DNA of 64,000 bases from Selaginella moellendorffii (Eukaryota > Plantae > Lycopodiophyta): assembly GCF_000143415.4 (NCBI RefSeq), contig NW_003314382.1, forward strand, positions 22,801 to 86,800. Reading direction: 5' to 3'. The number at the start of each line of letters is the position of its first letter. Positions within the stretch are counted from its first letter, which is position 1. The notes below the pieces were generated by a model. It was not told the origin of the DNA and ran no database searches. It saw nothing but the letters and a program-made list of their open reading frames with translations. Below are positions 1 through 11,420 of this stretch, piece by piece. Position numbers and translations under genes: made by a program.

Positions 1-189
1 TTCAAATTTTGGCAAGTTCAAAGTTTGACCAAGAAAAAAATTAAGTAAAAATATATGACAAAAGTAATTTGACAATAAAGCTTGAATCTAAAATGTTTCC
101 CATAGTGAAAATACCAAATTACAACTCCATTGCTACTGATAAGAGATCTTCTGACAAACTTAATTTGAAATGTTTGACATCTAGTCAGA

Positions 190-372
190 AGAAGCTCAAC
201 AATTCCAATTTGAAAAGCTCAATAAAATTATCCGATAAGGCTCGAAAATAATTTTGTCAAAGTTTGACAATTCCAATTCGAAAAGCTCAAAAAGTAATTC
301 GACAAAGCTAGACAGTTCCAAGTGAAAGAGCTCAACAAAGCTTGACAATTCTAATTCGAAAAGCTTGACAAA
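190..372. repeat. Short imperfect tandem repeat (AAGCTTGACAATTCCAATTCGAAAAGCTC-like, ~4-5 copies)
   Basis: Motif variants recur at ~192, ~260, ~305 and ~338; the minus-strand ORF shows the matching repeated peptide (LELSSFVEL). Confidence 0.6.
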
Positions 373-2664
373 TCCAACAAGGAGCACGGATACAAGTATG
401 CGGTAAGAATGGAAGAAGATATTTGCGACTTCCTTCCTTGCGATATTTGAAAGGTTTGATACCAAACATGACAATTCCAATTATAAGTAACCTATAAAGA
501 AGAGTAATATCTAGAAGGATATGAGAACACTATAATTCATCAGAAACATCTCGAATAAATAAAAAGACAAGAAGGGACACATATGCCTCTTGATACCATG
601 TTAAATTATATTCAAGAAAAGACAAGACTCTCTTTAACAAGCTGCACAGCTCAGATTCTACGGAAGAAAAGACAAAACACTCTACAATAAACGACACATA
701 TTCATTGTGTTCAAAGTAAACTCACTATTCTTGTTGCAGATCCCAATCTTTGTATCAGCCTGTCTAACTCGCCTCCAGAGTAGTGATGAATGTGATTTTA
801 TCCATGTGCGGAACTTGTCCTGGCACCGCGATTATGGCTCCCAGCGTTGCGGCTGGCCATGGCCGTGGATTCAGCATACACAATGTTTCATTGGAAGTTT
901 AAATGTCGTCCCTGATAGAAGCAAACACGGTTACCTTGAGAAGGCTATTATTATATTCGGGTGGTAACTCGTCTCTTTTAATCCAAGTTGTGTTGTAAAT
1001 CTGTTTTTTCTAACAGAAATCATAATTTGCTAAATCTAAGTAATTGGTTTCTGCAAATTAAACCCAAAATCACAACAGTGATCATGCTGCCTGCTCTAGA
1101 CTTCCTCATTGGGAACCTGCATTAGTAAGATCATTGCAATCGTTTAGTGCCAACGTGACATTTAGCAAATGGAATTAGGCACTACTTCTTGGCTGGGCAA
1201 CACAAGACGATTGTCTAGCAAAGGTGGTGTGGTTTTAAACCAGCACAATATGAATTCCACATAGCAGCAAAGAATTCTGAGTAGTTGGCGGCAGCTCGGG
1301 ATCAATCTTGGAGTTCTCTTGCGCCATGAGTTTTCAAGGAGAGCTATGAAATTTGTCACCCTGCACTCCACATTTGTGTGTTGGGATCACAACCTATAGC
1401 TATGGGCAGAATTTCGCAAAGTATTTGGTAATTGTGCTCAGCTCAAGAAAGAGGACACTCTTGGTGCTGACGAGTTTCCTGGCATCCATTAGCTGTCATA
1501 CTTAAGTCTCAAGATTGGACGAAATGTAAGTCGTTCAAAGGGACTCAATCATAGCAGAAATTTGATCCGGAGAATGTGAGCGTGTGAGGCTTGGGACACT
1601 TCAGGCTATCCCGCCAGAGGCCTTGGCAAAAGAATTCTTGCGACAATGAGAAGGCACACCGGGGAGAGTTCTGGAGTGCCGAGATAGTTCTTTTTACGAG
1701 ATCTAAGCCAAAACGCCTCATCATGAAGGTGGCCACTAGCTATGACAACTACGATCTCATGTTTTCATTGCTTTACTTGAAGCAGGCTGTCTAATATCCA
1801 TTATAACCAACATCTGGAACTTTTCTTTCTTGTCTTATTTCTCCTTGTGATCAACCGATATCGATGGTTGATCATTCTTCCTATCTTGATCATGATCGTC
1901 TTTGCTAGAGAACGGATGCTGGCTCTACTGCTGAGAGTGGCCACAACATTTTCTACTTACAGTTCAAGATATTCTGCCTATAAGGCTTGAGATGACTAGA
2001 ATAATTGTGAGCTACAAGAGCTTCCATTCTCATGCTTTAGATATTTAGAGCTGTTTTGAAGCAGACTAGTTTGCTTGTGGTTGGATGATGGGGATAATAA
2101 TATCAGTACTTGCACGGACGATAAGGGCATAGCAAGCCATTCACTCAATATTATGTGTATCTTCTATAACAATTTCATCTGCAAAACACTCTAAATCAGT
2201 GTAAATGAAAACAACAATGAAAACAGTTTTGTCAAACATGATGTATTCTAAAGAAAACTCGGAAGACAGTTCTGGCAAGACATCTTCTCAAACCTTTGAT
2301 CACAGCAGCTTCTTATTTGTCCTTGCCTTGCTTCCTTTATTCTCAGAGCCTTAGCTAGTTTTGCACTCACCTTCTTTTTCTACTATGGCATTCTTACCAC
2401 CCACAGATGTTTTCTCAATTTGCATTGAGATAACTTCTAATTTTTGGGGTTCTACTTTGAGCAAATGAAGGATGAGAACCTTTGCTTAGTTATGATGTAT
2501 ATCTTGTCTCGTTCCGCAAATCCACAGGTTAAACTCAGGATATGCTTGGTTAGAATGCAAGCTTTTCAACCATGAATTTCCTGCCTTCTTTGATCGTGAG
2601 CAGAAGAAGTTCGTTCCACAGCCTCTACGCGTGCGATAGATGGTATCCTCTGTAAAATGTAGAA

Positions 2665-4266
2665 CTATACCAGGCTGTGTGCAATGACATGCACATTCGA
2701 TAGCAACGTGAAGGCAACATCGCTGCAAGGATTTAGTCTAAGAGCATTCCTCGCTGCTCGTTCCCCTTGCTCAATTTCACCATGGACGGCACAAGCCCCC
2801 AGCAAAGAAGTCCAGGCAACCTCATCGGCTGCAAAGGGCATGCTGTAGAGCAGCTCCTCGGCTTGTTGTAGCCGTCTTGCTCGTCCCAGCACATCTATCA
2901 AACAGTGGAAGTGCTTGATCACCGGCAAAATGCCATGAGCTTCAAGCATGATTCCAAAGTGCTCCCTTGCCGAGTTAACCACGCCTTCGTGATTGCAAGC
3001 CGTGAGCACGCTCACGTAGGTGATGTAGCTCGGCTTCACTCCTTCAAGGAGCATTGACCCAACGAGCTCCAGTGTGGTTTTCAAGTCGCCATTCTGGGCG
3101 AGTGCCTGGATGATCGAATTCCAAGTGTATAGATCCCGCTTGGGCATTCGATTAAAACCCTCCAGAGCCTCCTCAAGCTGGCCATTTTGCGTAAATCCAG
3201 AAACCATAGTCGTCCATGAAACTTTGTCGTGAACAGGCATTTTATCAAAAGTTACACAAGCATGACGCAAATGCCCGTACATGGCACTCGCAGAAATGAG
3301 GCAATTCCATGAAAAAGCAGTTCGTTTGGGCATAGTGTCAAACGTAGTCTTTGCCATCTCAAGCTTTCCATTCTGAGAGTATGCCTGAATCATGGCCGTC
3401 CACGCAACTGAATCCCAACAGGGCATCTTTGCAAAAACATGTTCCGTGTGCTCCAGATCCCAGTTCTGGGCATAAACCGTGATTACGGACGTCAAGGCCA
3501 CAATGTCCTTGCACGGCATTTTGTCAAAAACACGCTTAGCTAAGTCCACCAAGCCTTGATTCCCATACGCGGATATCATAATTGTCCATGAAAGAGCGCT
3601 CAAGTCTGGCATGGACTCCCACGTCTCCACCGCCTTAGCAAAATGCCCATTTTGGGCAAATGTTTGCACAATAGCGTTCCACGCGACCAGATTTCTTTCA
3701 GGCATCCTGATAAAAAAGTTCCACGCATCACGAACGCGACCGTTGCCAGCGTAGGCTGCCAGCATGGCAGTCCACGACACCAGGTCGTGCTGACGCATGT
3801 TGTCAAATATACTTCTTGCCTCGTCCAGATGCCCTGACGCGGTATATGCTGCCAGCATGGCTGTCCATGACACCACATTTTGCCAGGGTGTCCTGTCGTA
3901 CCAAATTCGCGCTTGATCGACCAGGCCATGGTGGCTGTACGCTTTTGTGATACCATTCCAAGATACCACGTCTCGGCCTGGTGTTCTCTCAAAGAAATCT
4001 CTTGCCATGTCAAGATGCCCATTTGTGGCATATGCTGTGACAATCGAGTTCCACGAGCAAACATCTCGTTCTTCCAATCCATCGAAAACCTCTCTAGCCT
4101 CGTCGATTCTCCCGCATTTCCCATACACATCGATTAAAACATTCCTGATTCTTACGTTGGATCGCAAGCGCTCATCGCCCAAGACACGCAAATGGAGCTC
4201 GCGCGCCCTGGCGAAATCACCGCAGCAAGATTTCAGTAGCCTCACGAGGCCAGGAACATCACACAT
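2665..4266 (-). CDS. PLS-class pentatricopeptide repeat protein, E-type, no DYW (organelle RNA-editing specificity factor)
   Basis: Intronless ORF with tandem 31-aa motifs (e.g. LVSWTAMLAAYAGNGRVRDAWNFFIRMPERN), then P2-L2-S2 (HFHCLIDVLGRARRL), E1 (AWTSLLGACAVHG) and a truncated E2 (FTLLSNVH). First ATG is at 4266; the ORF track starts at an upstream GTG (4317). Confidence 0.92.
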   Translation of the reverse strand: MCDVPGLVRLLKSCCGDFARARELHLRVLGDERLRSNVRIRNVLIDVYGKCGRIDEAREVFDGLEERDVCSWNSIVTAYATNGHLDMARDFFERTPGRDVVSWNGITKAYSHHGLVDQARIWYDRTPWQNVVSWTAMLAAYTASGHLDEARSIFDNMRQHDLVSWTAMLAAYAGNGRVRDAWNFFIRMPERNLVAWNAIVQTFAQNGHFAKAVETWESMPDLSALSWTIMISAYGNQGLVDLAKRVFDKMPCKDIVALTSVITVYAQNWDLEHTEHVFAKMPCWDSVAWTAMIQAYSQNGKLEMAKTTFDTMPKRTAFSWNCLISASAMYGHLRHACVTFDKMPVHDKVSWTTMVSGFTQNGQLEEALEGFNRMPKRDLYTWNSIIQALAQNGDLKTTLELVGSMLLEGVKPSYITYVSVLTACNHEGVVNSAREHFGIMLEAHGILPVIKHFHCLIDVLGRARRLQQAEELLYSMPFAADEVAWTSLLGACAVHGEIEQGERAARNALRLNPCSDVAFTLLSNVHVIAHSLV

Positions 4267-4309
4267 GAGACGAGTGAGATCGATCCATGAACAAAAAATT
4301 CGTTTGTTT

Positions 4310-4966
4310 TCAGTCACAGCTAAGAGCCGAGAAGAATCCCACTGTCTTTCTCACGCAATCCTTCACCTGGACGAGCTCCACGTCGAAGATCTCGAACTGC
4401 TTGGAGCTAAAGAACGTCGAGGGGCCGACTGGAGGACCCAGCTCGGGAGGGACGACAATTCTTCGCTTCCCGCCAGGCCTCATGCTCTTGATCCCTTCCT
4501 CAAACCCAGGAACCAATCCACCATCGCCCAATCGCGTCTTGGATGGCTGCCCCTTCTGGTAGCTACTGTCGATCCTCCTCCCGGCCTCGTTGTAGCCAAT
4601 GTAGTTGAAGATCACTTGCTGGCCATCGCTGGGGCAATCGCCGCTCCCCTGCTCCAGATCGAGGTAGATCAATCCGGTGCTCGTGGTCACATACTTGGGG
4701 CTCGCCACAACCTTGACCTTGAATCCCTGGCGGACGAAGCTCGGGAAATCCGGAGGCACGCCATTCAACTGCTGGATCCGCTGGTTTGATTCCAGCAGCT
4801 TCTCTTCCTGGGCCGCGGCCTTGGATTTGATCACCGCTTGGGCGGCATTGCCAGCGCTGCCGATCGCTACCAGCAGCGGGCACCCTAGAGCGAGGAAATT
4901 CCTGCGCGGGAGTGGCGATGGAGGGAGGATAGTGGCGCCAGAGGGAAGAAAGGATAAAGCAACCAT
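4310..4966 (-). CDS. FKBP20-2: Thylakoid-lumen FKBP-type peptidyl-prolyl isomerase FKBP20-2
   Basis: Transit peptide, twin-arginine motif (PRRNFL) and AQA cleavage site; FKBP domain (GLIYLDLEQGSG, YIGYNEAGRRIDSSY, GGKRRIVVPPELGPPVGPSTFFSSKQFEIFDVEL); C-terminal Cys pair. Single exon. Confidence 0.88.
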   Translation of the reverse strand: MVALSFLPSGATILPPSPLPRRNFLALGCPLLVAIGSAGNAAQAVIKSKAAAQEEKLLESNQRIQQLNGVPPDFPSFVRQGFKVKVVASPKYVTTSTGLIYLDLEQGSGDCPSDGQQVIFNYIGYNEAGRRIDSSYQKGQPSKTRLGDGGLVPGFEEGIKSMRPGGKRRIVVPPELGPPVGPSTFFSSKQFEIFDVELVQVKDCVRKTVGFFSALSCD

Positions 4967-5152
4967 ACCTAAAACAACCCTAATACACGTGTCACAATGC
5001 CGAAAATCCGCGAAAAGAGACCATTACGTGTCCAGTTTTGAAAGGAGGGAAAAAAATATCTCCAGCAACGTGTCCAATGTTTAATTGGTATTTCCCACCG
5101 AAAGTTCTTCACGGTGTTCTTAAGCGATCGCCCATGATTCCTTGGAAGATCA
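4967..5152. promoter_or_regulatory. Bidirectional promoter with three ABRE/G-box-like ACGTGTC motifs and an evening element
   Basis: ACGTGTC at 4987, 5026 and 5068; AAAATATCT at 5053-5061; lies between divergent ATGs at 4966 and 5153. Confidence 0.55.
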
Positions 5153-6229
5153 ATGGGAAACAAGAGGTACCTAGGCTTAGAACTCAAGAGATCTCTCATT
5201 TCGGGGCTTCCAAACGATGTCGCGCGCCACTGCCTCGCCAAGGTCCCCAGGATCTACCACCGCAGCATGCGATCGGTGTCAAGAACTTGGAAGAAAACGC
5301 TCGAGAGTGAGGATTTCTTCGCGGTAAGAAGGAAATCTGGCATCGCCGATGCCTGGCTCGTCGTGATCCTCATGGAAAATGGCCACAACTCCTACTGCAT
5401 TTACAATCTCGCCTCCAAATCCTTGTTGCTCAAAGCGCCTCTTCCAGATCCTCCACTGCCCACGGGGCTAGAAATCGGCGATGTGGGCGGAGGAGGATTC
5501 GCCACATTCAAGACCGCGGCGGTGGGCGCTCTCCTCGTCGTGCTGGAATCCAGGACGAGCTCTCGCCGATCGAGTGTGGAGAACCACACCCGGATCTTCG
5601 ATTCCATCAAGAACAAGTGGCGGGCGGGATCGCCGCCAACTGTCGCGCGGTCGCAGTTCGCCATGGCGACAGTGAATGGTACGGTCTACGTCGCGGGGGG
5701 CTGCGACCACGACGGTGACTTTGTCCCTGCGACCGAGTCCTATGACGTTGCGACCGACACGTGGACGCAGCGGTCAACCATGCCGTACAACAACCTCGAC
5801 CGGGTTGACTGCAAGGTGGTGTTCCAGGGTAAGCTTTACGTCCGGGTGTTCTCTTCCACGCGTTGCGAGGTGCTGGTCTATGATCCTGGTAGCGATTCCT
5901 GGCACCGCGATTCTTCTGGGATGAGTGCCATGGATCATGGAGAACTCGTCGCTACTTCCAGCGGGATTTACAGCTTGACAGCCTCGGATTGCCTCTACAA
6001 GTTCGTGGATGGGGAATGGGTTCTTGCCGGGAGCATCCAGCGCAAGCCATCTTCGTCTTCCTCGTCTCCGGCTTTCAATGTCCACTCGCAGCGGGCATTT
6101 GGGCTCCGGGATGAGATCTTCGTCCTGGGCGCTGGTGATCTCTCTTGCGTGATTGGGGAGGATCTCGTTTGCCACGGATTGTTCCTGGGGAGTTCTTGGT
6201 TTAGAGCTGGTTCCGTGGTCATGGGATAG
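5153..6229 (+). CDS. F-box/kelch-repeat protein
   Basis: F-box (LISGLPNDVARHCLAKVPR...VSRTWK) followed by kelch repeats (ARSQFAMATVNGTVYVAGG, YDVATDTW, YDPGSDSW). Confidence 0.9.
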   Translation: MGNKRYLGLELKRSLISGLPNDVARHCLAKVPRIYHRSMRSVSRTWKKTLESEDFFAVRRKSGIADAWLVVILMENGHNSYCIYNLASKSLLLKAPLPDPPLPTGLEIGDVGGGGFATFKTAAVGALLVVLESRTSSRRSSVENHTRIFDSIKNKWRAGSPPTVARSQFAMATVNGTVYVAGGCDHDGDFVPATESYDVATDTWTQRSTMPYNNLDRVDCKVVFQGKLYVRVFSSTRCEVLVYDPGSDSWHRDSSGMSAMDHGELVATSSGIYSLTASDCLYKFVDGEWVLAGSIQRKPSSSSSSPAFNVHSQRAFGLRDEIFVLGAGDLSCVIGEDLVCHGLFLGSSWFRAGSVVMG

Positions 6230-6344
6230 AGCGATCCTGCTAGATGAGCTTGCGGCGAATTCGAGTGCTCCGCGAGTGGCTCCACACGGCAGCGGCATCG
6301 GTGATTGGTGACAATGTCAAGTTCTTGGAGACCGATGTGGATGG

Positions 6345-7290
6345 GTGGAAGGGAAAGTATGGAGATCTCCCGCGAGCCGTGGTGCCGTGATCGAGCAAGC
6401 AGGGGAGATCAGCATTAACACGGCAGTGTCGAGAGGCTTTGTGTCCCTTCTCAAGTGGTGCGTACAAGAGAATAATCTAGCACAAGTTCGTCGCGTGCAC
6501 GGCTTTGTTTCCGCGAGGCATCCCGGCTGCGCGGAAGACCAGTTCGTGGGAGACATGATACTACAGGCATATCGGAAGCTTGGCGAGCTTGGTCTAGCAT
6601 ATAAGGTGTTTGCTGGCATCTGGAACAGAGATCTTTTCTCGTGGACTATCATGATCGCAGCGTTTCCATAGAATGGGCATTTTGCCGAGGCGTTGTTGCT
6701 GTTTAGACGAATGGAGCTCGATGGTGTGAAGCCATCGCCGGTGACTTGCGTCACTGTTCTTGCTTCCTTCACGGTTCGAAGGCTTCTCCCGCAAGCTAGA
6801 AAGTTCCACGCAAGGATCACAGCTCTGGGCCTGGAATCAAACGTTATAGTTGGCACAGCGGTGATCACAATGTATGGGAAATGTGGGAGCTTGAGCTAGT
6901 CTTCGAGAGAATGCCGCAAAAGAACCTCGTCACCTGGACGACGCTGATATCGAGCTATGCCCAGCATGGCCATGGCAGAGAAGCGATGGAGATTTTCGAG
7001 AGGTTGCTTGCTCATGGAGGCCTCGAACCCGATGCGGTTGCTTGCGTGAGCGCTCTCGACGCTTGCTCGAGCATGGCATCGCTGGAGCAAGGCAGAAAAG
7101 TTCACAGGATCGTCGTCTCGAGGGGATTCGAGAGCAACACAGTCGTAGCAAATGCTCATGTATGGAAAAGGCGGGGCTCTGGAAGAATCAAGAGCAGTGT
7201 TTGACACGATCCAACACAAGAATCGCAACTCCTGGAACTGCATGCTCACGGTTTACGTCCAAGGGGGCCACTTACACGAGGCGATGGAGC
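6345..7290 (+). pseudogene. Disrupted PLS-PPR gene
   Basis: PPR motifs (DLFSWTIMIAAF, VITMYGKCGS, NLVTWTTLISSYAQHG, LMYGKGGALEES) are split over four ORFs by a TAG at 6669-6671 and by frameshifts. Confidence 0.85.
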
Positions 7291-7843
7291 ACGTAACTCT
7301 CCTCTGCGGAGGTCGGAATAGGAACACAGGGGTATCAGGAAAGATTTTGCAGTCGGTTTAATCTAGAAAAGAGTTGTGGATGTTACAGCTTCTTTGATCT
7401 AGCGCCGCGGACCAAGACGATGGACAATGGAGCTTCGCATCGTGGGACGCGGTGATCCAGGCGGATGCCGGGGGAAAGCCATCGCGAGATGCCCGAGAGG
7501 GATTTGGCCTCCCATTTGCTCATAGCGGAGATCCGGTGATTCTCGCGGAGAATGTGCGAACCTCGTGTCACCGGCGTGTGTTTATGGAGCATCCAAGAGC
7601 TCCTTGGCGCAGGTCGCTCCCTCCTGCCCCAGCACAGCTGGAATATGGAGTTGAAGAGGAGATCTTGCGCGGGCATCCTCTAGAACATGTCGGCGGCAGG
7701 CCAGCCGCCGTCCGACAAGGCGAGGATCAGAGCGGTCGCGACGCAAAGATCGCACTCCCATATATGTTACAAAAATCAGCTTCTCTACCAAAAGAAAAGA
7801 GAGAAAAACACTGAGAAAGTTGCCACGTATAGGGACGAAATCG

Positions 7844-7875
7844 CGCTCTCTCTCTCGCTCTCGCTCTCTCTCTCG
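7844..7875. repeat. (CT)n/CTCG microsatellite
   Basis: gctctctctctcgctctcgctctctctctcg. Confidence 0.7.
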
Positions 7876-8039
7876 ATCGGATTGGAAGGACACATAGCAT
7901 GACGAAATTCACAATTAAACAGGCTAGCTCCGCTCTCCATTTGAACAAAGACTCTTAGCAATATGTTGAGGTCTTCGTTAAGGCTCTATGAGAAAGACTA
8001 AATATTCTACAGTCTTCTCTTTGAAAGCGTCTTACCTGG

Positions 8040-9040
8040 TCACAAGAAGATCCCACTGTCTGCTGCTACGGGCTGTCGACTGGAGGCGTTGCTTGTGGCC
8101 TGTAGATGCCGACCGCCTGGAGATTGAGGTGGCACGGCAGCTCCACCCAAGAGTGGCGCTGGACATGGAGAGCCACGGGCCTATGCAGCGCTAGGCACGA
8201 CGATCCTGCCGTGCGCATCACCACCAGATCGCTGTCGACTGCTGTGCAAACTGCTCCCTGCGTGCCCAGGCTACCGGCTTCCAGCTCGCCCCGCCGCCTT
8301 GTTCACCTTCTTCCAGCTCCAGCAACACAATGAGCCGACTTGCTTGATCACCTGCGCACTGGCCGAGCACCATCACCTTGTGTCCGTGCCGGAAAGCATC
8401 CGCCCTCCGGTAAGAGTAGCCTTGGAAACCTTAATCTGGAATTGGCATTGCGGTCCAGGCTTGAGAGCCACTATCATAAGCGAGCATCATTGCGTCCCGG
8501 AAGATGAGCTCCCCACACAGATTTCCCGTCACGCTGCCGCTGCTCGTTGACGATGTCCAGAGCTTGGAGCTCGAGTGCCAGCTATAAACGGTGTGCTCTC
8601 CAAATTGTGTGGACAGCACGTGAACGCTGAACCGCTCCTGGTTGCCTCTCATCTCCAGCTTGATCTGACCATACGTATTAGCCAGCTCGGGAGAGTTGTT
8701 GCTGCGGTTGCAAAAGGTGAGAACGGGGAGCTCAAGTCGGAATCCGGTGCCCGGGTTGCAAACGGCCACCCGCAACCGCCATCGGTCGTCCGCCCAGTGC
8801 AAGCCCTCGGACAAGACGGCATCTCTGTGAAAGCCACACACCATGCCCGAGCACGAGGCCATGGGAATGAAGCGCCGCGGCAACAACCTGTTTGCCACAA
8901 CGCCTACCAGCTGCTCGTCTGGGTACCAGACCAGCACCGGTGGCCATGACAGTTCCCCAGACTGTCATGAGTAAGAGCACGCACTCCTTCCCCCTGGCTG
9001 AGATGTCCAGCTCTGGGAGATGATCGACCAAACTTGCCTT
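8040..9040 (-). pseudogene. Degenerate F-box/F-box-associated-type gene
   Basis: GC-rich coding-like block with PMASCSGMVC and RVAVCNPGTG motifs typical of plant F-box interaction domains; reading frame broken across ORFs 8732-9031 and 8431-8937. Confidence 0.5.
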
Positions 9041-9419
9041 GGTAGTGCAGGTAGCGCTAAGTCCAACACATAGGATTTGGACAATATATAAGGGTTTATA
9101 TGAGTCGCAGAAAAGGTTAAACTATAAACATGTTTATACTTCATAAACCTCCTTAGAAACCTCTTATAAGATATTTATTCTATAAGTTTCTCTTTTCATA
9201 AACATCTTATTAGCTTTTTGATAAAACCAAACTCACTAATATGAATGCAATATCATCAACTTTGAAGTAGAATGGTTATAGCTACTTGGGGGATCCTAGC
9301 TCTAGAAAATTTTAAATTTCAAAATAAAGTAGTATTAAATTTTAATAAATAAATGTAAGTAACAACAAAAAAAGTATATACCAAATAACTCTCTTATTTT
9401 TCTTATTTTTTCTGATAGT

Positions 9420-11420
9420 CAGACAATTTAATTCTAAATAACAAAAATATATACTATTTTGCAACCATAGAAAACTTTGTATTTTTATATAAATCAACAG
9501 ATTAGAGAATAAATTATATATAAGAATAACTAAAACTCATTAAATTAGTCATAGTTTGTCTTTCTTTAGGAGAGTGATATAATTTTTATGTTTTGGAACT
9601 ACTAAAATTTCTAGTGTTAATGGCAACCTTTTTTTTTGTGAAATTTTAAAATTAAACTTTATTAAGGTCATGGTAAAAATTCCTTAACTATGGAAAAAAC
9701 TTAAACCCTCATTTTAGTAGTCATGTTAGAATTACAAAAGTTTAGTCACTCTCCTAAAAAAGGACAAAAAATGCATACTATGTGGTTTATCTCATTGAAC
9801 TAGTTGAAAATTGGCTAGCATTAATCTTTGGTATTTTGAATCGTTCAATTATAAGAAAATACAAATCGTTTTAAGGTAAGCTTTTTTTTTATTAAATTTG
9901 TTTTATTCAAATGTAATATATGCATTTACATTATCTACGGGATAACCATAACCATAGGAAAAGATAAATTAGCTCTGTATAAGTTCAATTTTACATCTTT
10001 ACATATTTACATTTTATTCCAATATAAATAACAAAAATATATACTATTTTGTAATCATATGAAACTTTGTCTTTTTACATAAATCAACAAATTAAAGAAT
10101 CAATTATATGTAAAAATAACTAAAACTTATTAAATTAGCCATAGCTTGTTTTTCTTTAGGAGAATGACATAACTTTGTGTCTTGGAACTACTGAAATTAC
10201 TAGTGTCAATAACAACTTAGTTTGTAAAATTTTAAAAATTAAACTTTATTAAGGTTATAGTAAAAATTCCTTAACTATAAAAAAAGCCTAAACCCTTATC
10301 CTAACAATTATGCTACTTGACTTCTCTTGAATTTTATTATGAAAAAAAAAATAAAAGTTAAAGTGGCAAAAAATTAAGATTTTTATTTATTAAGCTTTTT
10401 CTTTATTAGATTTACTTTATTCAGCTATAATACAAGTATTAGCTCTATCCACGGGATAACCATAACCACAAAAAAAGGTAAACTAACTCTGTATTAGTTC
10501 AATTTTACATCTTTACATTTTACATCTTTACATTTTTACATTTTATTCGAATCTAAATAAAAAAATATATACTATTTTACAATCATAAGAAACTTTGTCT
10601 TTTTATATAAATCAATAGATTAAAAAGTTAATTATATATAAGAATAATCAAAACTCATTAAATCAGCCATAGTTTGTCATTTTTTAAAAGAATGATATAG
10701 CTTTTTTGTTTTGGAATTGCTAAAATTTCTAGTGTCGATAACAACCCTTTTTTAAAAAAAATTAAAAAACTTAATTTTATTATCTAAAGGTTATGGTAAA
10801 AATTTGTTAACTATGAAAAAAGCTATTACAACAATCATACTACTTGACTTCCCTTAAATTTTGTTATGAAAAAAAAACTAGATGCAAAGTTAAAGTGGCA
10901 AAAAATTCAGATTTTTTTTTATTAAGCTTTTTCTTTATTAGACTTATTTTATTTAGCTATAAAACAAGCATCAACTCTATCCACGGGATAACCACAACCA
11001 TAGGAAAAAGTAAATTAACTCTATATCAATCCAATTTTTACATATTTACATATTTATATTTTAATCCAATATAAATAACAAAAATATATACTTGGGAAAC
11101 TTTGTATTTTTATATAAATCAACAGATTAAAGAGTAAATTATATATAAGAATAATCAAAACTCATTAAATCAACCATAGTTTGTCTTTCTTTAGGAGAGT
11201 GATATAGATTTTGTGTATTAAAGCTACTAGAATTTTTAGTGTCGATGACAACCTTTTTTCTATATGAAATTTTAAAAAATAAATTTTATTATCCGATTAA
11301 AATTCCTTAACTATGAAAAAAGTTTAAACCCTCATTTCAGCAATCATGCTACTTGATTTCCCTTGAATTTTATTATAAAAAAATAGATGCAAAAGTTAAA
11401 GTGGCCAAAAATTTAGATTG
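9420..11420. repeat. AT-rich tandem repeat, unit ~520-590 bp, ~3.5-4 copies
   Basis: Anchor AAATAACAAAAATATATACT at ~9436, ~10026, ~10555 and ~11073; anchor CACGGGATAACCA(T/C)AACCA at ~9936, ~10450 and ~10982. Confidence 0.9.

Noticed and set aside
190-372. CRISPR-like array (also considered for 9420-11420 and 20560-21340)
   Set aside because: Repeats are degenerate with no unique regular spacers, there are no cas genes, and the context is eukaryotic and intron-containing.
3947-4789. 280-aa plus-strand ORF and similar antisense ORFs (31132-31905, 33658-34383, 40200-40874)
   Set aside because: They are shadows of GC-rich genuine genes on the opposite strand, with no recognisable motifs.
6669-6671. 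TAG repaired to CAG by U-to-C editing or readthrough
   Set aside because: This is a nuclear gene and further frameshifts follow; simple C>T decay explains it.
7383-7814. GC-rich ORFs between the PPR and F-box pseudogenes
   Set aside because: No family motif recognised in any frame; cannot support a call.
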